Shown piece by piece: positions 1-15,935 of a stretch of 64,000 bases of DNA (position 1 is the first letter of the stretch; each line of letters starts with the position of its first letter). Below the pieces are notes generated by a model, which saw only the letters and a program-made list of their open reading frames with translations, did no database searches and was not told the origin of the DNA. The stretch is taken from NCBI RefSeq assembly GCF_009914755.1, contig NC_060929.1; one strand, written 5' to 3'. Made by a program: the position numbers and the translations under genes. This DNA comes from the human T2T-CHM13v2.0 reference genome, Homo sapiens.

Positions 1-828
1 GTAAGGAGGAGTATGCCGCTTCTGCAGGCTTAGAATGGTTGTAATAATGTAGAGATTCAAGATTCTGAGCACAATACCCGTATATCTCCTTGCAAAGTCT
101 CAGAGTTCCAGTTCTTTCCAATCAGGAACATGATCATAACATAGGAGTCTTGGCTAGAGTTGAAAATTAAATATTCTCTAGAGCCCTGATAGCCTAATAA
201 TTAAGTGTTGAGCTTGATTCCCAGCTTTTTCTGTCAGCTGCAGGAGATCAACTGCCAAAGAGGTCATCTGGCTTTCAACATTCATCTTAAATCGATCACA
301 TTCAGTTCTGTACTATTAGCAGGTAACATTTCTGACAGCCAGAATGTGTGGCTTGATCTTGAATGCACAATCTGAGTGGTGCACCACAGTGTCTACTAAA
401 TATGGCTACAAGACAAGACATGACACTCATTGAGGAGGATATTTTTAACAGAGAATAAATCATTCGGAGATTTTTTTGAAAGTGATTGTGCTTGGGAAAC
501 AAAATACCTTGAGAACTGAAGCTCCAAGACAGCAAAGACAGCCATATTATTTAACTCATTTTGGTATGCATAACTATTAGCTAGCAATTCTTTTTTTGAA
601 CAGATTCTCTTTACCAATCACAAAAACCTGTATGTGAATAAAACTAATTTAGCAACTATCATGTAACCACTGAAATTGTGCTTTTGTGGCAATTAGTTTG
701 GCTTATCATGTCTACTTAAGAACAAGTTGAATGTTACGAGTAACGACAAATATTAAATATGCATGCACGGCATGCTTTGAAAAATTCAAGATAAATTGAC
801 TCTAAGTAATAAAAAAAATGAGCTTAGT

Positions 829-1213
829 ACTTTGCTAGCACTGCCATAACCAAGTACCATAGTCTGAGTGGTTTAAACAACAGAACTTTATTTTGTCACA
901 GTTCTGCAGGCTGAAATTCCAAGATCAGAGTTTCAGTAGATTTGGTTTCTTCCGAGACCTCTCTCTTTGGCTTGCAGATGGCCACCTTTTTGTTGTGTTC
1001 TCACACAGTCTTTTCTCTGTGCTCACACATCACTGGTATCTTTTCTATTTCCTATAAGGATTGGGCCCAACTGGCTTAGGGCCCAACCCATTTTACCTCA
1101 GTTAAACTTAATTACATCTTTAAAGTCCCAATTTCCAAATACAGTAACTTTGGAGGCTAGGGCTACAAGATATGTATTTGGTGTGCAGGGAGGGTACAAT
1201 TTTGTCTATAACA
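829..1213 (-). mobile_element. MLT1 (MaLR) solo LTR, MLT1A/B/C-like
   Basis: ctgccataaccaagtaccatagtctgagtggtttaaacaacagaactttatt...cacagttctgcaggctgaaattccaagatc, ending ...ctataaca; resembles the antisense MLT1 consensus. Confidence 0.85.
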
Positions 1214-2467
1214 ATGAGGTTATTCCCATGGGTTTATTTTCCCTAGATTAGAGAGTCTTCTGTACATAATGGTAATTCTATCACTTACAAGTACAAATTC
1301 TGAGGCCTTCAAGCAAAATAGTAAGAATGAAGATTGTTTTCCTTTGCTTTACTGCTTCATCAATGTGTTTTGCCCACACGGTAACACACACTTCATATGC
1401 ACACACATATGCACACTTTCACACACACACATACACCTTACCTCTTTGGTCTAACTGGTAGTTGAATAAATTTCTGGATCTAGAGGTTGAGAAGTGGCAA
1501 TGAGAAATAATCAGTATTGGAAAAGAGAAGAAATAAAAAAAGAAAAAGAAAATAATCAAGAATAGGTTTCATCATATGCCCAAACTAAAGAAATGTAAGG
1601 TTTTTCTTTACAGCTCCTTGTCAAAGTATAAATCTGAAAAAAAATAATAATCACACAATAGTAAGCATATGTCATGATTTATGGAACTGGAAAGATGACA
1701 AAGCTATTTCCAAAGACATTTTGAAAACTGGCATTTTGTAATGTATAAAAAAGAAAATAAATTCTTAAATACATGATATTAGTTACAAAATTGGATGATT
1801 ATCTACAGGGTATAAAAATATCTTAATTTTTGATGTTATCTTCTCCAGTAGACCAATAAGAAAATCACTGCATCTTATCAGCTTTCTATAAGTTAGCTAC
1901 TGACTTTATAGAGGTAAGAAATGTCTAGACCTAAGCAATAGTAAATAGTATGTTAAACAAACTTACAAGTACCTAGAGAGTAAGATGACCTGAGGTGGGC
2001 CTGTTGAACAATATTGTAAGATTACATTAAATGCTTAAACAATCATCTTTGTCTTATGTCTTATTTTGGAATATTTATTTATTAATATGCTTGTCCATGT
2101 AACCCAAGCAAGGTGTGGCCAAAATAACAGAGCAACAAGACAGTATCGAAATTATTTTTGTTTTACCCTTTCTGTTAGGCCCAAATCTTATTATTAGCAC
2201 TAAAGAAATTGCCATTAACTTATAATTATAGTTGATCAATGTTGAAATAAATGGGTCAGCCATGGTTACAGGTAGAACTGTGAGACCTAAATATTCTTCC
2301 TTCATGTTATAAATAGTGAGTCCCTGACGGAAAATAATACATAATAGGTTATAATAACTATTAAGAATTATAGATATATGCACCTCTGGTTTACTGCTTT
2401 ATAACAATTGAATGTAGTTCTCTAAGGCATTGAAAGTAGATCTTTAGGACAAATTCTACCATTTAGT

Positions 2468-3125
2468 GTAGCACATTAAAAAAATTTAAGATACCATTGA
2501 CCAAGATGGTCTTGACATTCTCCAAGGTTTGACTGAACTTAAGCCAGGTTTCTTCCTGCCTCTAAGTCCTTGACCTCCCTCCCTCTCAAGCTGGCTATTA
2601 CAGAATTCAGATGGCCTAATCACAGAAGTCTCTCCCTTCCCTTTTGTTATTTTCTTTAGAAAACTTATAATTGAAAGTTATTTCTCTCTCCCTATGAGAC
2701 GTAAATTCTTTTAAAACCCTCTTGCCAGTTTTATAACCCAACAAACGTCTTTCCCAAGGACCTGAGAGCCATCCCACTGAAATGCAGTCATCCAGCAAGA
2801 TACAGTCCATATCTCCCAGTCTCTGTGAAAGGGTAGGAGCCTAACTTCAATAGATGCTGATTAGCAAGCACAGATGGCCTAATCATAGAGGAAAACATTT
2901 GTAAACTCAGGAAATAACTCAATCTGCTCAAAGTCCATTGATCAACCTTCCTAAAGTCCTCTAGTACTTTTCCAAGAGCTCATCCCAGCCTTTAAAGACC
3001 ATCTCATGCTTTGTTTCAGAGGAGTTCAATTCAGATTGAGTTCTGCCCTCTCACGTTGTAGAAACAGCCTTGTATAATAAGGTCTTCCCTGCTCATCTAA
3101 CTTTGGTGAAATTTTTGCTCTGACA
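2468..3125 (+). mobile_element. ERV1 solo LTR, MER67/MER31-like
   Basis: Contains ctcttgccagttttataacccaa...ggacctgagagccatccc and gggtaggagcctaacttcaa; 3' end aataaggtcttccctgc...tttttgctctgaca; left boundary approximate. Confidence 0.7.
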
Positions 3126-4254
3126 GCATTTTCTATAATGAGTACCTCATTCCCCATGTAACATATTTCTAAAATTGTCCTGTAGTTTTTTGTCTTAATT
3201 TCTGTATACTACACACCAGAGTAAAATATTAAATCAACATTTTATCTTACCCTTTTATTAGTAGAAAATAAAATTCAGTTGATTAGATGGGTCAATATTG
3301 TGATACTTATTACTTGAAAAAAATAATTTCTGAAGACAACTCTTTGATATTCTAACTCTGAATGAAAGGAAAGGCAAAAGTTAATGGTTTATTTGACCCA
3401 GTTGACTCTTTAAACAGAATCAAACTAAAATAAACAGATTTGAAAAAAAATGTACTTTTATGTAATTTTAACACAAAGTACAATAAATTTTTCACTTGAT
3501 CAATTTTAACAAAGATCTTTGAAGGTAGCATCTTCTCTAAAGATTCATCAGATAATTGAAAGCCTATTTAATTTGCAATTAGCTAAAGATTATAAATTAA
3601 TAAAGTTTCATCCTTGAAAGGTGAGAGAATATGTGTAATTTTTATGGTATTCCAAAATGTTTGGAAGCAAAGGTGATCTCTGAAGAAATAAGTGTTCATG
3701 ATTCAATGATTCATTATTATGAATATTAATGGACTCCACAATAGCATTGCATAAAAATGAAATTGCTTAACTCTGGTCCTGCCATTCCTTTCTCCCAGCA
3801 GCAAATATATACATTACCCCCTTTAATTCTTCTCCAATTCATGGGGAGAAATAGCTCTATTTAAAGAACCGAGCTCATCTGTCACCCACATTGCAAACAT
3901 GTTATTTAAATCAATTAATTTGAAAGGATTGAATATTGACCATCTTATTATATTAAAAAGGAGTCATCTAAGCCAGCAGTGATTCTTTTAATAGCATATT
4001 CTCCTATTGTATTTAAAATGTGTTTACACATTGTTAACTACTTGAATGAGAATTAGGGATACAGAAACTTAATGCCCAAGAATTAAGAGCCACTGTATAT
4101 GAATATCAGAGATAAAGATGAAACATTAGTCATATAAAGCATCTCAGTATTAAAATGATTAAATTTACAGATAGTCCATTTACATCTAACTTTATAGACA
4201 CACGTTTCCAATATTCTGACATCAGCAATTACTTTTGGGGCTTTTTCTTTTATG

Positions 4255-4793
4255 TGTAGGGGAAAAGTAACTCACATAGGATCTTAAAACAGACCTTTGT
4301 TACAAAGGACAGATTAAAAAGAGAAAAACAAGTTGCTTAGCAGGTATATTTCATATGTACATTGGAGGCACCCAGAGAATGAGTTGTTCTCCGAGAGTTG
4401 GCTTTAAATTTCAGTTTATATAGCATATTAAGCAAACAGCAGTAAATTTTTAGAGTAGTGGTAGGACAGAGGAAAAGGATTTTCAATCTCTACAGGTGGC
4501 AAATTGGGAGAAAGCAAATAACAGGCAGATAAAAGTTAGTAAAGCTTGTTAAAATAGATTACTTTGGTATCATATCCTGTGATACCAGCCGATAAGGGGC
4601 TAACACTGTCTTCAGTGGTTAACTTTTGTTCCTCCTGTTAGAGAGGTGGGCAGGATACCTTTTGTCTTTGAAAATCTATGTATTGCTTTTAGTGAAACAG
4701 AGGGAGGACAAAGAGCTTTCCTGCATCTACTTCTTCTTGTCTTCAGCTCAACAATCCTTCATATTGTGTAGAGCCATATGCTGGTCTCCCGCA
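4255..4793 (-). mobile_element. ERV1 solo LTR, MER34/MER39-like
   Basis: Right end ccttttgtctttgaaaatctatg...cttcagctcaacaatcctt...atatgctggtctcccgca is the reverse complement of the MER34/39-type LTR start; begins tgtagggg. Confidence 0.75.
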
Positions 4794-4974
4794 ATGGTTA
4801 ATGAGCTTATTGTAGGTAACTAGAGGTTGCCACTTACATAATGTTGCTGGTGCTATGAATTATTGTCACAAGCATATTGGATTTCCACCAATTTGATGTT
4901 CTCATCCCTATCTCTTCCCCATTCTCTCAAAAAACAACCAACCAAACAAAAACAACAAAAAATAACTTGGCTTG

Positions 4975-5310
4975 TATTTCAACAGGTATTTATTAAATAC
5001 CTCCTATGTGCAAGGAAAGTTCTTAAGGCACACAGAGTGAACAAGACAGTTAGGATCACCATTCATGGTGGCAGGGATAGGAGATAGTCAGGGTTGATAA
5101 GGTAAATAGAACAGGGAAACGTGGGATAGGGCTGCTAATTTAGATTAGGTTATAGGAGTGCTTTTTGTCAAGTGGTATTTGAGCAGAGACTCAAATATAG
5201 TGAATGGGGGAGTCCTCCACATAATTGGAGAAGAGTGTTCAGGCAGAGGGAGTAACAAATCCTAACTAAGACCAGAGCATTATGCATTTAGGGATCAGCA
5301 AAGAGGCCAA
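4975..5310 (-). mobile_element. L2 LINE fragment (3' end)
   Basis: caacaggtatttattaaatacctcctatgtgcaagg...gtgaacaagacag, typical antisense L2 3' end. Confidence 0.7.
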
Positions 5311-5328
5311 GTTTTCCTCGAAGCTCAT

Positions 5329-6618
5329 TGTATTAGTTTCCTGTGGCTGCTGCAAAAAATTAACAAAAACTTGGTGGTTTAAAACAACGAAAATTTATTC
5401 TGGTACTTCTAGAGGCTAGAAATCTGAAATCAAGATTTTCACAAAGCTATGCTCCCTCTGATGATATTGCTGCACTAAACCTGGGTCTGCTCGCCCAGCA
5501 CAGTAAAGCCAAACACCCACACCAAAGTTTACAGCAAGGGAAAGAAGGGCATTTATTTGCAGGGTGCCACACTGATGCTTAAGACCCAGTCTCCCTGATG
5601 GCTTGCATATAAGGTTTTTTAAAGGCGGGGAGGCAGAAATTACAGGCAAAGTCATAAATCAAGACATAGGGATTTACATTGGTTTGATCTAAAAAAGTGT
5701 GATATCTTGAAGTGGGCACCCAGGGTTGGGGGGTCGGGGGGAGACAGCTTACAGGTCATAGGTGGATTCAGAGAATTTTAGATTTGCAATTGGTTAAGGA
5801 AGATAAGCTTTATCTAAAAAGTTGGAGCCAGCAGAAAGAAATCTTAAAGTTTGGTCTGTGGGCATGACTTCTGCAGGCCCGTCAGGAAGAAATTTAGAAC
5901 AAAAAGCAAGAGTAAGAGTTCAGACTTCTGTTCACACTTATGTGAGGTTTACATGGCAGAGGTTGTTTTTTTGTTTGTTTGTTTGTTTTTTCCTAATCTA
6001 TCCATTGGCAATTTTTATCTGGCGGGGGTCTAGGTTTCCAAAAGACGGCTCAGGGACATGTGTTAAGATGTTATTTCTAGTTTCTATAGGGAGGCAAACA
6101 TCGTGTGACTCTAACTGATTTGGGTGGATATTGCTTAAGCTATCATTACTTTTCTGCTAATCAGGCTGCTCATCTACTTTTTAAGGCTAGCTAGATGCCT
6201 GGAATTGCCCTTGATGGGACTCAAAATTTTTCCTTTATTTCCATGCTTAAGACAGGGACAGCAGGCCTCTAAAAGGGGTCTCTGCTATGTCTCAAAGCCG
6301 CTAGAAATGAATACTTCCTTGCCTTTCTGGCTTCTAGTGGCTCCCAGAATTCCTTGGGTTATGACTATGTTAATCCAATCTCTGCCACTCACTTAATGAG
6401 GTCTTCTCTGTGTCTGAATCTTCTCCTCTTTTGTCTCTAATAAGAACACTTGTCATTGAATTTAGGGCTCACCCATGTAATCCATAATGATGTCATCTCA
6501 AAATCCTGAACTTAATGACACCTGCAAACACCCTTTTCCAGATAGGGTTATAATCCTAGGCTCCTGCTGTTAATATGCAGTAATATTTTTTTGTGAGGCC
6601 ATCATTCAACCAATGACA
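5329..6618 (-). mobile_element. MLT1C-like MaLR LTR split by an inserted ERV1 LTR (pieces 5329-5461 and 6295-6618)
   Basis: tgtattagtttcctgtggctgctgc...gctccctctga, resumes cttccttgcctttctggcttctagtggctccc... and ends attcaaccaatgaca. Confidence 0.8.
5465..6294 (-). mobile_element. MER4-group ERV1 solo LTR
   Basis: gggtctgctcgcccagcacagtaaagccaaacac...gcatttatttgcagggtgcc; ttacaggtcataggtggattc...gatttgcaattggttaagg (MER4-group motif); ends tgtctca. Confidence 0.7.
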
Positions 6619-8096
6619 CTTATCTTAATAAATATACTCTTCAGGGAAGTGACTGGTTTGAACTAATAGCAGGTGGGCTTCTCAGGAGTTAGCCTCAAAT
6701 ATACAGCAAAATCTTAGAAATTTTTCCCTTGTCTCCAGGCTAGATCTTATATGGAGTTTAAAGATACATTTTCTTTCAGGCAGTAAAAGTTCCACTTCTA
6801 ACCAGAGGCTTAGAAATATGCTAACACAATGGTCCATTGGTATGACTGACAGTTTTGCTAAACTGTTGTGTTTGTCTTATGTCCTGACACAATTTTCTGC
6901 TGCTAAATTCAGGGAAAGCATCTCCCTGGATTTAGCATCTAACTAAGACAAGAGCATAGTGCATTTAAGAATCAGCAAAGAGGTCAATCTCAGTATGCAG
7001 AGTCTCTTTTTTAAACTCACATTATTTGGGCCATTTAAACACATAGCCCTGCATTCATTTATAATTTTTTTGCATTGATTTATTTCCCCTATTAAAAGCA
7101 TCAGCCATATATAAAGACACTTACATACTTTAAATATCTAATTAGTGTACCCCGGTTCTGCATTAAAGAAACAGAATCAATACGTGTTGAATGCACATGA
7201 ACTCCAGAATCCAATGGAATGGGAGCATGACATTTAGGCCATCATTAAGAACAAAATGTTATAAATAATTACTGAGGGGGGAAAAGCATCTTTTATTACT
7301 TTCTTCCAAGATTTTCGTTCCATATTTACCATTTAGACTGGTTGTTAGAAGGAATTTTTAGATAACTATTTGGAAAAATTTGTTGGCTTCAAGTAGGCTC
7401 AAGATAATGTTCTTTTGCACTTAAATTTATTTTTAGTTCCTGAGTATTAAAATTTTAAAAATATGTTCATATTAACCTGACTTTTGAAATTTAACAAACC
7501 TCTGTGCCTCAGATACATTTTTTTCTTTCTCTAATTCTAAGACCTTGTATAGTGACAATTCTTTATTCTTTGAGCCATAACTCAACATCTAGGTAATTTA
7601 AAGGTCAATAAACAATGTAAAAGCAATTTCATGTATTTCCCTTTCATCACCCAATTGTCAAAAGTACATTTGGTACTATGGAACATGTCATCAGCCTAAC
7701 ATCAGCATCATTCCCCCTCCCCTGCACTTCCTAACACTTGCTCTTGCTTGAGCTTGAGTTCTTATTTCTGGTATTAAACATTTCCTATTGTTCCTTATTG
7801 TTCTTATTAATTACAAACACAGGCAAATAGGGTGATTATAAATAGACAGTGTTAAGTAATTTTTAGTGATGGAATAAATACTAACCTATATTGGGCAGTT
7901 TATTTGAGCCATAAGTGATCACCCATGGGACTATTCCTCCAAAGAATATTGTCCTTTTGACTTTTGACATGACATATTCTAAGAGAAAACAATATTAACC
8001 TGCCTTGACTTGCTCAGCTCAATTGCTGGCAAGTAAGAAAACCCAAATCTTCCAAAGTTCTATATCAACAATACAGAGACACATACATCTTTATAT

Positions 8097-8097
<1 letters not shown>

Positions 8098-8137
<40 letters not shown>
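8098..8137. repeat. (TG)n microsatellite
   Basis: About 20 perfect GT units. Confidence 0.97.
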
Positions 8138-8140
<3 letters not shown>

Positions 8141-8889
8141 CGTGGTCAATTTTGTAGAAAAAAAGTCTTATGGTCCAAATAATGCATTGAATTTAAATGA
8201 GTTCTGAATAATGAAACATTAGAATGCTGAATGCAGATGCATTTTACTTTTTTTCCACATAAGTCCTTAAGAAAACAGAGCATGAAGAGTTTTTTTTTAA
8301 TGATGTTCTAAGACTTTCTAAGGCTCTCTACTTAAATCAAGCATGTTATTCTTCATCTATTACCATAATAGGCAGTATATGCAGTCCCCATGATAGGCAA
8401 CATATTTTACAAAAAGAAAGACTTTTCAGAATACATAAAAACATTCAGGAGTAGCAAATGATATATAAGACTCTTACTTATCCTCCCCTCCATATTCAGA
8501 TGTGTTCTTGGGGAGTTGTTTCTAAAGAGTCATCTGGAATACATTCCAAAAAATTATTGATGATATGTATCTCTATGAGTTTTTTTTTGAGATAGACCCC
8601 CACTTTGACATGCAGACCTTTACATTTAAGGGTTTTTTGGTATTCTTTTATGAAAAAAATTAAAATTCAATTAACTAATTCCAGGAAGCACAAAATGCTG
8701 TGTATGGTATTCTGTATTTCATTTGTAAACAATTTTCAGAACTGGAACTGGTTTATTTCAACTTTGTGCACCAGTCTACTTCCATTAAAGTCAACAAGGG
8801 CATGTTGAGCATAAGAAAAAAAAGGCTCCACAAAATATTGCTCAGCTCTCATGTGATTTTTAAAGCTGGCTTTCATGGAAATGGCCCCT

Positions 8890-9150
8890 GGTACTCTGCT
8901 AGGTGCTGGGGAAACCACTGAGCTAGACAGACACTGGTCCTATCCTCATGGGGCCTATTAGTTATATACATAAGTCATTTGCAAGCAGAGATAAGGACTA
9001 AAAATGATGTGGCATTTGAGTTGAGAGCTGACTGTTAAGTAGGACATAACTAAGTGAAGAAAGATGAAGGCTTTCCAAGAAGAAGAGGCGTACATGTAAA
9101 GACCTTCAAGATGGAAGGAGCATGTGCATTTGTAGGAACTGAAAGAAGGT
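8890..9150 (-). mobile_element. L2 fragment
   Basis: actctgctaggtgctggggaaac...cctatcctcatggggc...tttgtaggaactgaaagaagg. Confidence 0.6.
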
Positions 9151-9330
9151 AAGAGTTCCTGGATCATTTTATGAAATGGCCTTTTGTAGAATAGGAAACT
9201 AGGCATTCTAAAACCTATACCAGATACAGACCTACAAATCTGTTATGAACAGAGTTTTCAAGAATTCTTTCACTTTCCTTTTTAGAAAATGTAAGTTGAT
9301 ACCAAATGCCATTTACATAAAAATAACCTT

Positions 9331-9741
9331 TGTGCCCAAGGCCTTGGGATCCCACCACTTGCATCAGTGTGGTCTGGATGTGAGACATCAAGTCAAAAAA
9401 GGGTATTTTGGAGCTTTAAGATTGAATGATTGCCCTGTTGGGTCTCAAACTTGCATGGGACCTGTAGCCCCTTTGTTTTGACTGATTTCTCCCTTTTGGA
9501 ATGGGTGTTTTTACCCAAAACCTGTACCCCCATGTTGTATCTTGGGAGTGGCTAACTTGTTTTTTTATTTTACATGTTCATAGTAGAGGGAAAGAACTTG
9601 CCTTGTCTCAGATGAGACTTTGGACTATGGACTTTTGAGTTAATGGCGAAATGAGTTAAGACTTGGAAGACTGTTGAGAAGGGATGATTGTGTTTTTAGG
9701 TGTGAGAAAGAAATGAGATTTGGGAGGGGACAGGGATGGAA
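9331..9741 (+). mobile_element. MST/THE1 internal sequence (3' part of MaLR-int)
   Basis: cccaaggccttgggatcccacc...ggatgtgagacatcaagtcaaa...gtctcagatgagactttggact...gagatttgggagggg (polypurine tract directly before the LTR). Confidence 0.85.
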
Positions 9742-10125
9742 TGATGTGGTTTGGATTTGTATCCTTGCTCAAATCTCACATCAAACTGTAATCCTCAATA
9801 TTAGAGGAGGGGCCTGGTGGGAGGTGATTAGATCTTGGGGGCAGGTTTTCCCCTTATTTTTCTCATGATACTGGGTAAGTTCACATGGGATCTGGTTGTT
9901 TAAAAGTGTGTAGCACCTCCCCCTTTCCTCTCTTCCTCTTGCTTTGGCCATGTGAGATGTGCCTCCTTCCTCTTTGCCTTCCACCATGATTGTAAGTTTC
10001 CTGAGGCCTCCCCAGCCATGCTTCTTACACAGCTTGCAGACCTGTGAGCCAATTAAACTTCTTTTCTTTATAAATCACCAAGTCTCATGTAGTTCGTTAT
10101 AGCAATGCAAGAGTGAACTAATACA
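9742..10125 (+). mobile_element. MSTA-like MaLR LTR
   Basis: tgatgtggtttggatttg...ggggcctggtgggaggtgatt...ccatgattgtaagtttcctgaggcctccccagcc...ctaataca; TG...CA termini. Confidence 0.9.
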
Positions 10126-10159
10126 CTTTGCTATGGCAGAGCTAAATTTGCTTTATTGG

Positions 10160-10470
10160 TCCATAGATTTTGCATTTGTTATTTCCTTTGCCTGAAATAG
10201 TCTTCTACCAAATATCATATGGATGGTTCTTCTCTCCATTCAGTTTTTAGTTCAAAAGTCATCCAATAACAAAATCTTAAGATTTTTTTCTCTACCCTAT
10301 TATCTTTTCTTACTTTCTTCACAGCAGATGCTAGCTGAAAGTATCTTATTTGTTTGTCTACTTGTTTATCATCTAATTATACCCACTAGAAGATAAGCTT
10401 CACAAAGTCAGGGCACTCAGTGACTACAGAAGTATCTGACCTACTGTGGGAATTCAGTAAATATTTGCAA
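10160..10470 (+). mobile_element. L2 fragment
   Basis: tttgcatttgttatttcctttgcctgaaatag...cccactagaagataagcttcac...cagtaaatatttg. Confidence 0.6.
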
Positions 10471-10621
10471 AAAATAAATAACCTCCTCTCATCCTTTCTC
10501 TTTTCTTTACCCAGTTGTCATATCTCCTGACATCTGCCTGCACTTGCTTTCTGTACATGTTTAGTAAGCTTGCAGGCCAATTGCATATGCAGTATTTACC
10601 AATCAAAATCAAAACAAATAA

Positions 10622-11019
<398 letters not shown>

Positions 11020-12484
11020 TTAAGTTGGTTTTATGAGCCAGACAAACTTGTAACTCATGCTAAAAGGCAGGATTGATTTTCAGAACCAGAATAGTGACCA
11101 GGTAGTACCCAACATCAGACCAACTAGAAAATCAGATGCAAAATATTAGCTGGGAACCAGCAGAGTCACAAAAATAACACAGCAAAGGTACAAAAAATGG
11201 AAACTAGAGAAGTCAGATAGGCTGAAGACAAAGACCAGTTTCAATTAAAGCCAAGATAATCTCCATAGAAAGCTGTTTCATAGAGTGCAGCTGCTAAGTC
11301 TTTAAACTTTTAGACCTGAGTTGGTTTTATCCCTTAGGCATGTTGTTTCATTTCAGATTGAGTGAAATTCTTATTTGCTTAGATTGAAATCAATTTTATC
11401 CTTCTAGCAGTTGTCATAGTCTCTAAACTAGCTGGGTGCGATACATAAAACTCTGTGTCTTCACAAATTCATTCAAGACCAATCTCTGAGGGAAGTGAAT
11501 TGGTCCTTCAGAAGACCCTCAGACATAGGTCTCACTATGTAACTAAGAATTTCAAGGCAAAGTTATATTGTATAAAATGTTTCATTTAGAGAATGAATAT
11601 ATTCTTTTATTTCTAGTAGGTTACATAGTTACCAGTAACCAAACAAGTTAAATCCACTAAAATAAGATTAATGAGTAGGTCAATTTGCTTTTAGATGCTA
11701 GTATGTCATACTTCTTGCCTAGTGTTACAACTTCTGTTCTTTTACACATGAGGGCTTTGTGCTCTGGAATCGCCCTTCAGTATGAGATCTATTTTTATTT
11801 AGAAAACAGCAAACGTAAATAGATAAAAATGTCAATAAACAATACTGACCAGATTGTAGAAAAATTGTGAATGCATTCTGGAATAACTGTAGCTAGCATC
11901 AATATCTGTGATTGTAGAATCACATCTAAATTGTGATAAAATCATTGTTAAATAATATTAATATTATCTAGACTAGAATCTAAAGAATGGTTGACATAAT
12001 TTACTCATATTTTCTCTCTAAATTATAAAATCTGTTTGTTCATTATAGGATATTTTGAAAAGGGTAATCAAAAACTAAAATCATATATGATATCACTATA
12101 TATCAATAATCATTGATCTTTTGGGATTATTGATCTTTTGGTGTTTATCCTTTCAGTTATTTTTCTAAAATGCAATTTTGGAATAGATGGCCTAAAAAAG
12201 CTGTTTTAAAGTTAGTTTTTTTGGAATTACATGTCAAACAAATCCCTATGGAATTATATAATTTTTCTGCTGCCCCACTTAAAATTGCTAGAATTAATTC
12301 CTCTGATGTACCATACGCTGATTCAAAAGACAAAACCAAATAGGCACTTAAGTGTTCCAGGCATTTTTATTGATTATTACTATGGAATTCAGATTTTTTT
12401 TTTTTACTCTTAAAACTCTCCCATGATGTTTCTGGCCCTTGGAGTTCTTTCCCCAACAGAGTTTTGTGAAGAATTATTGCATAT

Positions 12485-12660
12485 GGATTAAAACTCTGGG
12501 ATTTAAGCCAAACAGACCTAGATTTGGGTCCTATTTCCACCACTTTCTGCCACTTTCTGACTGTGTGAACTTACGTATGAAAAATTTCCTTTTTCATCCT
12601 CAGTTTTCACACCTGCAAAATTGAAGTAATAAAAATAGGCAATTAGTAATTGTTGTGACA
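12485..12660 (+). mobile_element. MIR SINE
   Basis: cagacctagatttgggtcct...ctgtgtgaactt...cctcagttttcacacctgcaaaattg core. Confidence 0.7.
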
Positions 12661-12676
12661 AATAGTATAACACTAC

Positions 12677-12765
12677 AGTGGTTTTAAAATATATACACAA
12701 ATTCTTTAAGGCTCCTGTCATTGGCAGGTGGAGGTTATGTACTTTCTGTTGAATCTGAGCTGACT
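12677..12765 (+). mobile_element. MLT1 (F/H-like) LTR 5' fragment
   Basis: gtggttttaaaatatatacacaaattcttt...aggtggagg...ttgaatctgagctg; cut off by L1. Confidence 0.5.
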
Positions 12766-15210
<2,445 letters not shown>

Positions 15211-15392
15211 AGCATTTACATTCAGTGTTATTATTAAGTAAGAACTTACTACTGCTATTTTGGTGCTTATTTACTGTTTATTGACTCATTGTTCCTCCCT
15301 TTTTAATGTCTTCCTTGGTGGTTAAGTGATTTTATCTAGTAGCGTGTTTTAATTTGTTGCTTTTCATTTTTAGTTCGTCTACAATAGGTTTT
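15211..15392 (-). mobile_element. Older L1M (L1M1/2-type) internal fragment
   Basis: catttacattcagtgttattatt...cttactactgctattttg...gtgattttatctagtag...ttttaatttgttgcttttc resembles antisense L1M inter-ORF sequence. Confidence 0.5.
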
Positions 15393-15935
15393 TTGTGGAA
15401 GACAGTGTGGCAGTAACTCAAAGACCCAGAGACATAAATACCATTAGACCCAGTAATAAGATTACTGGGTATAAACCCAAAGGAATATAAATCATTCTAT
15501 TATAAAGATACATTCACACGTATGTTTATTGCAGCACTATTCACAATAGCAAAGACATGGAATCAACCTAAATGCCCATCAGTGATAGACTGGATATGGA
15601 AAAGAATGAGATCACATGTTCTTTGCAGGGACATGGATGTAGCTGGAGGCCATTATCCTTAGCAAAGTAACACAGGAACAGAAAACTATATACCACATGT
15701 TCCCACTTATAAGTTGGAGCTAAATGATGACAACATATGGACTCATAGAGGGGAACGACACACACTGGGGCCTTTCAGAGGATGGAGGGTGGGAGGAGGG
15801 AGAGGATCAGGAAAAATAACTAATGGGTAGTAGGTTTAATACTGGGGTGATGAAATAATCTGTACAACAATCAACCATGACACATGTTTACCTATGTAAC
15901 AAAACTGCACTTGTACTCCTGAACTTAAAAGTTTA
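15393..15935 (+). mobile_element. L1PA13-like 3' end (locally duplicated copy of the L1 at 28162-28749)
   Basis: tgtggaagacagtgtgg...gagggagaggatcaggaaaaataactaatggg...ctgaacttaaaag; shares unusual variants and flank with the 28-kb element. Confidence 0.9.

Noticed and set aside
1-10. Window begins with gtaagg, resembling a splice donor
   Set aside because: No upstream exon sequence is available, and the motif is common by chance.
2608-2886. Repeated cagatggcctaatca within the ERV1 LTR
   Set aside because: Short and probably part of the LTR's own internal repeat structure; cannot be distinguished without the consensus.
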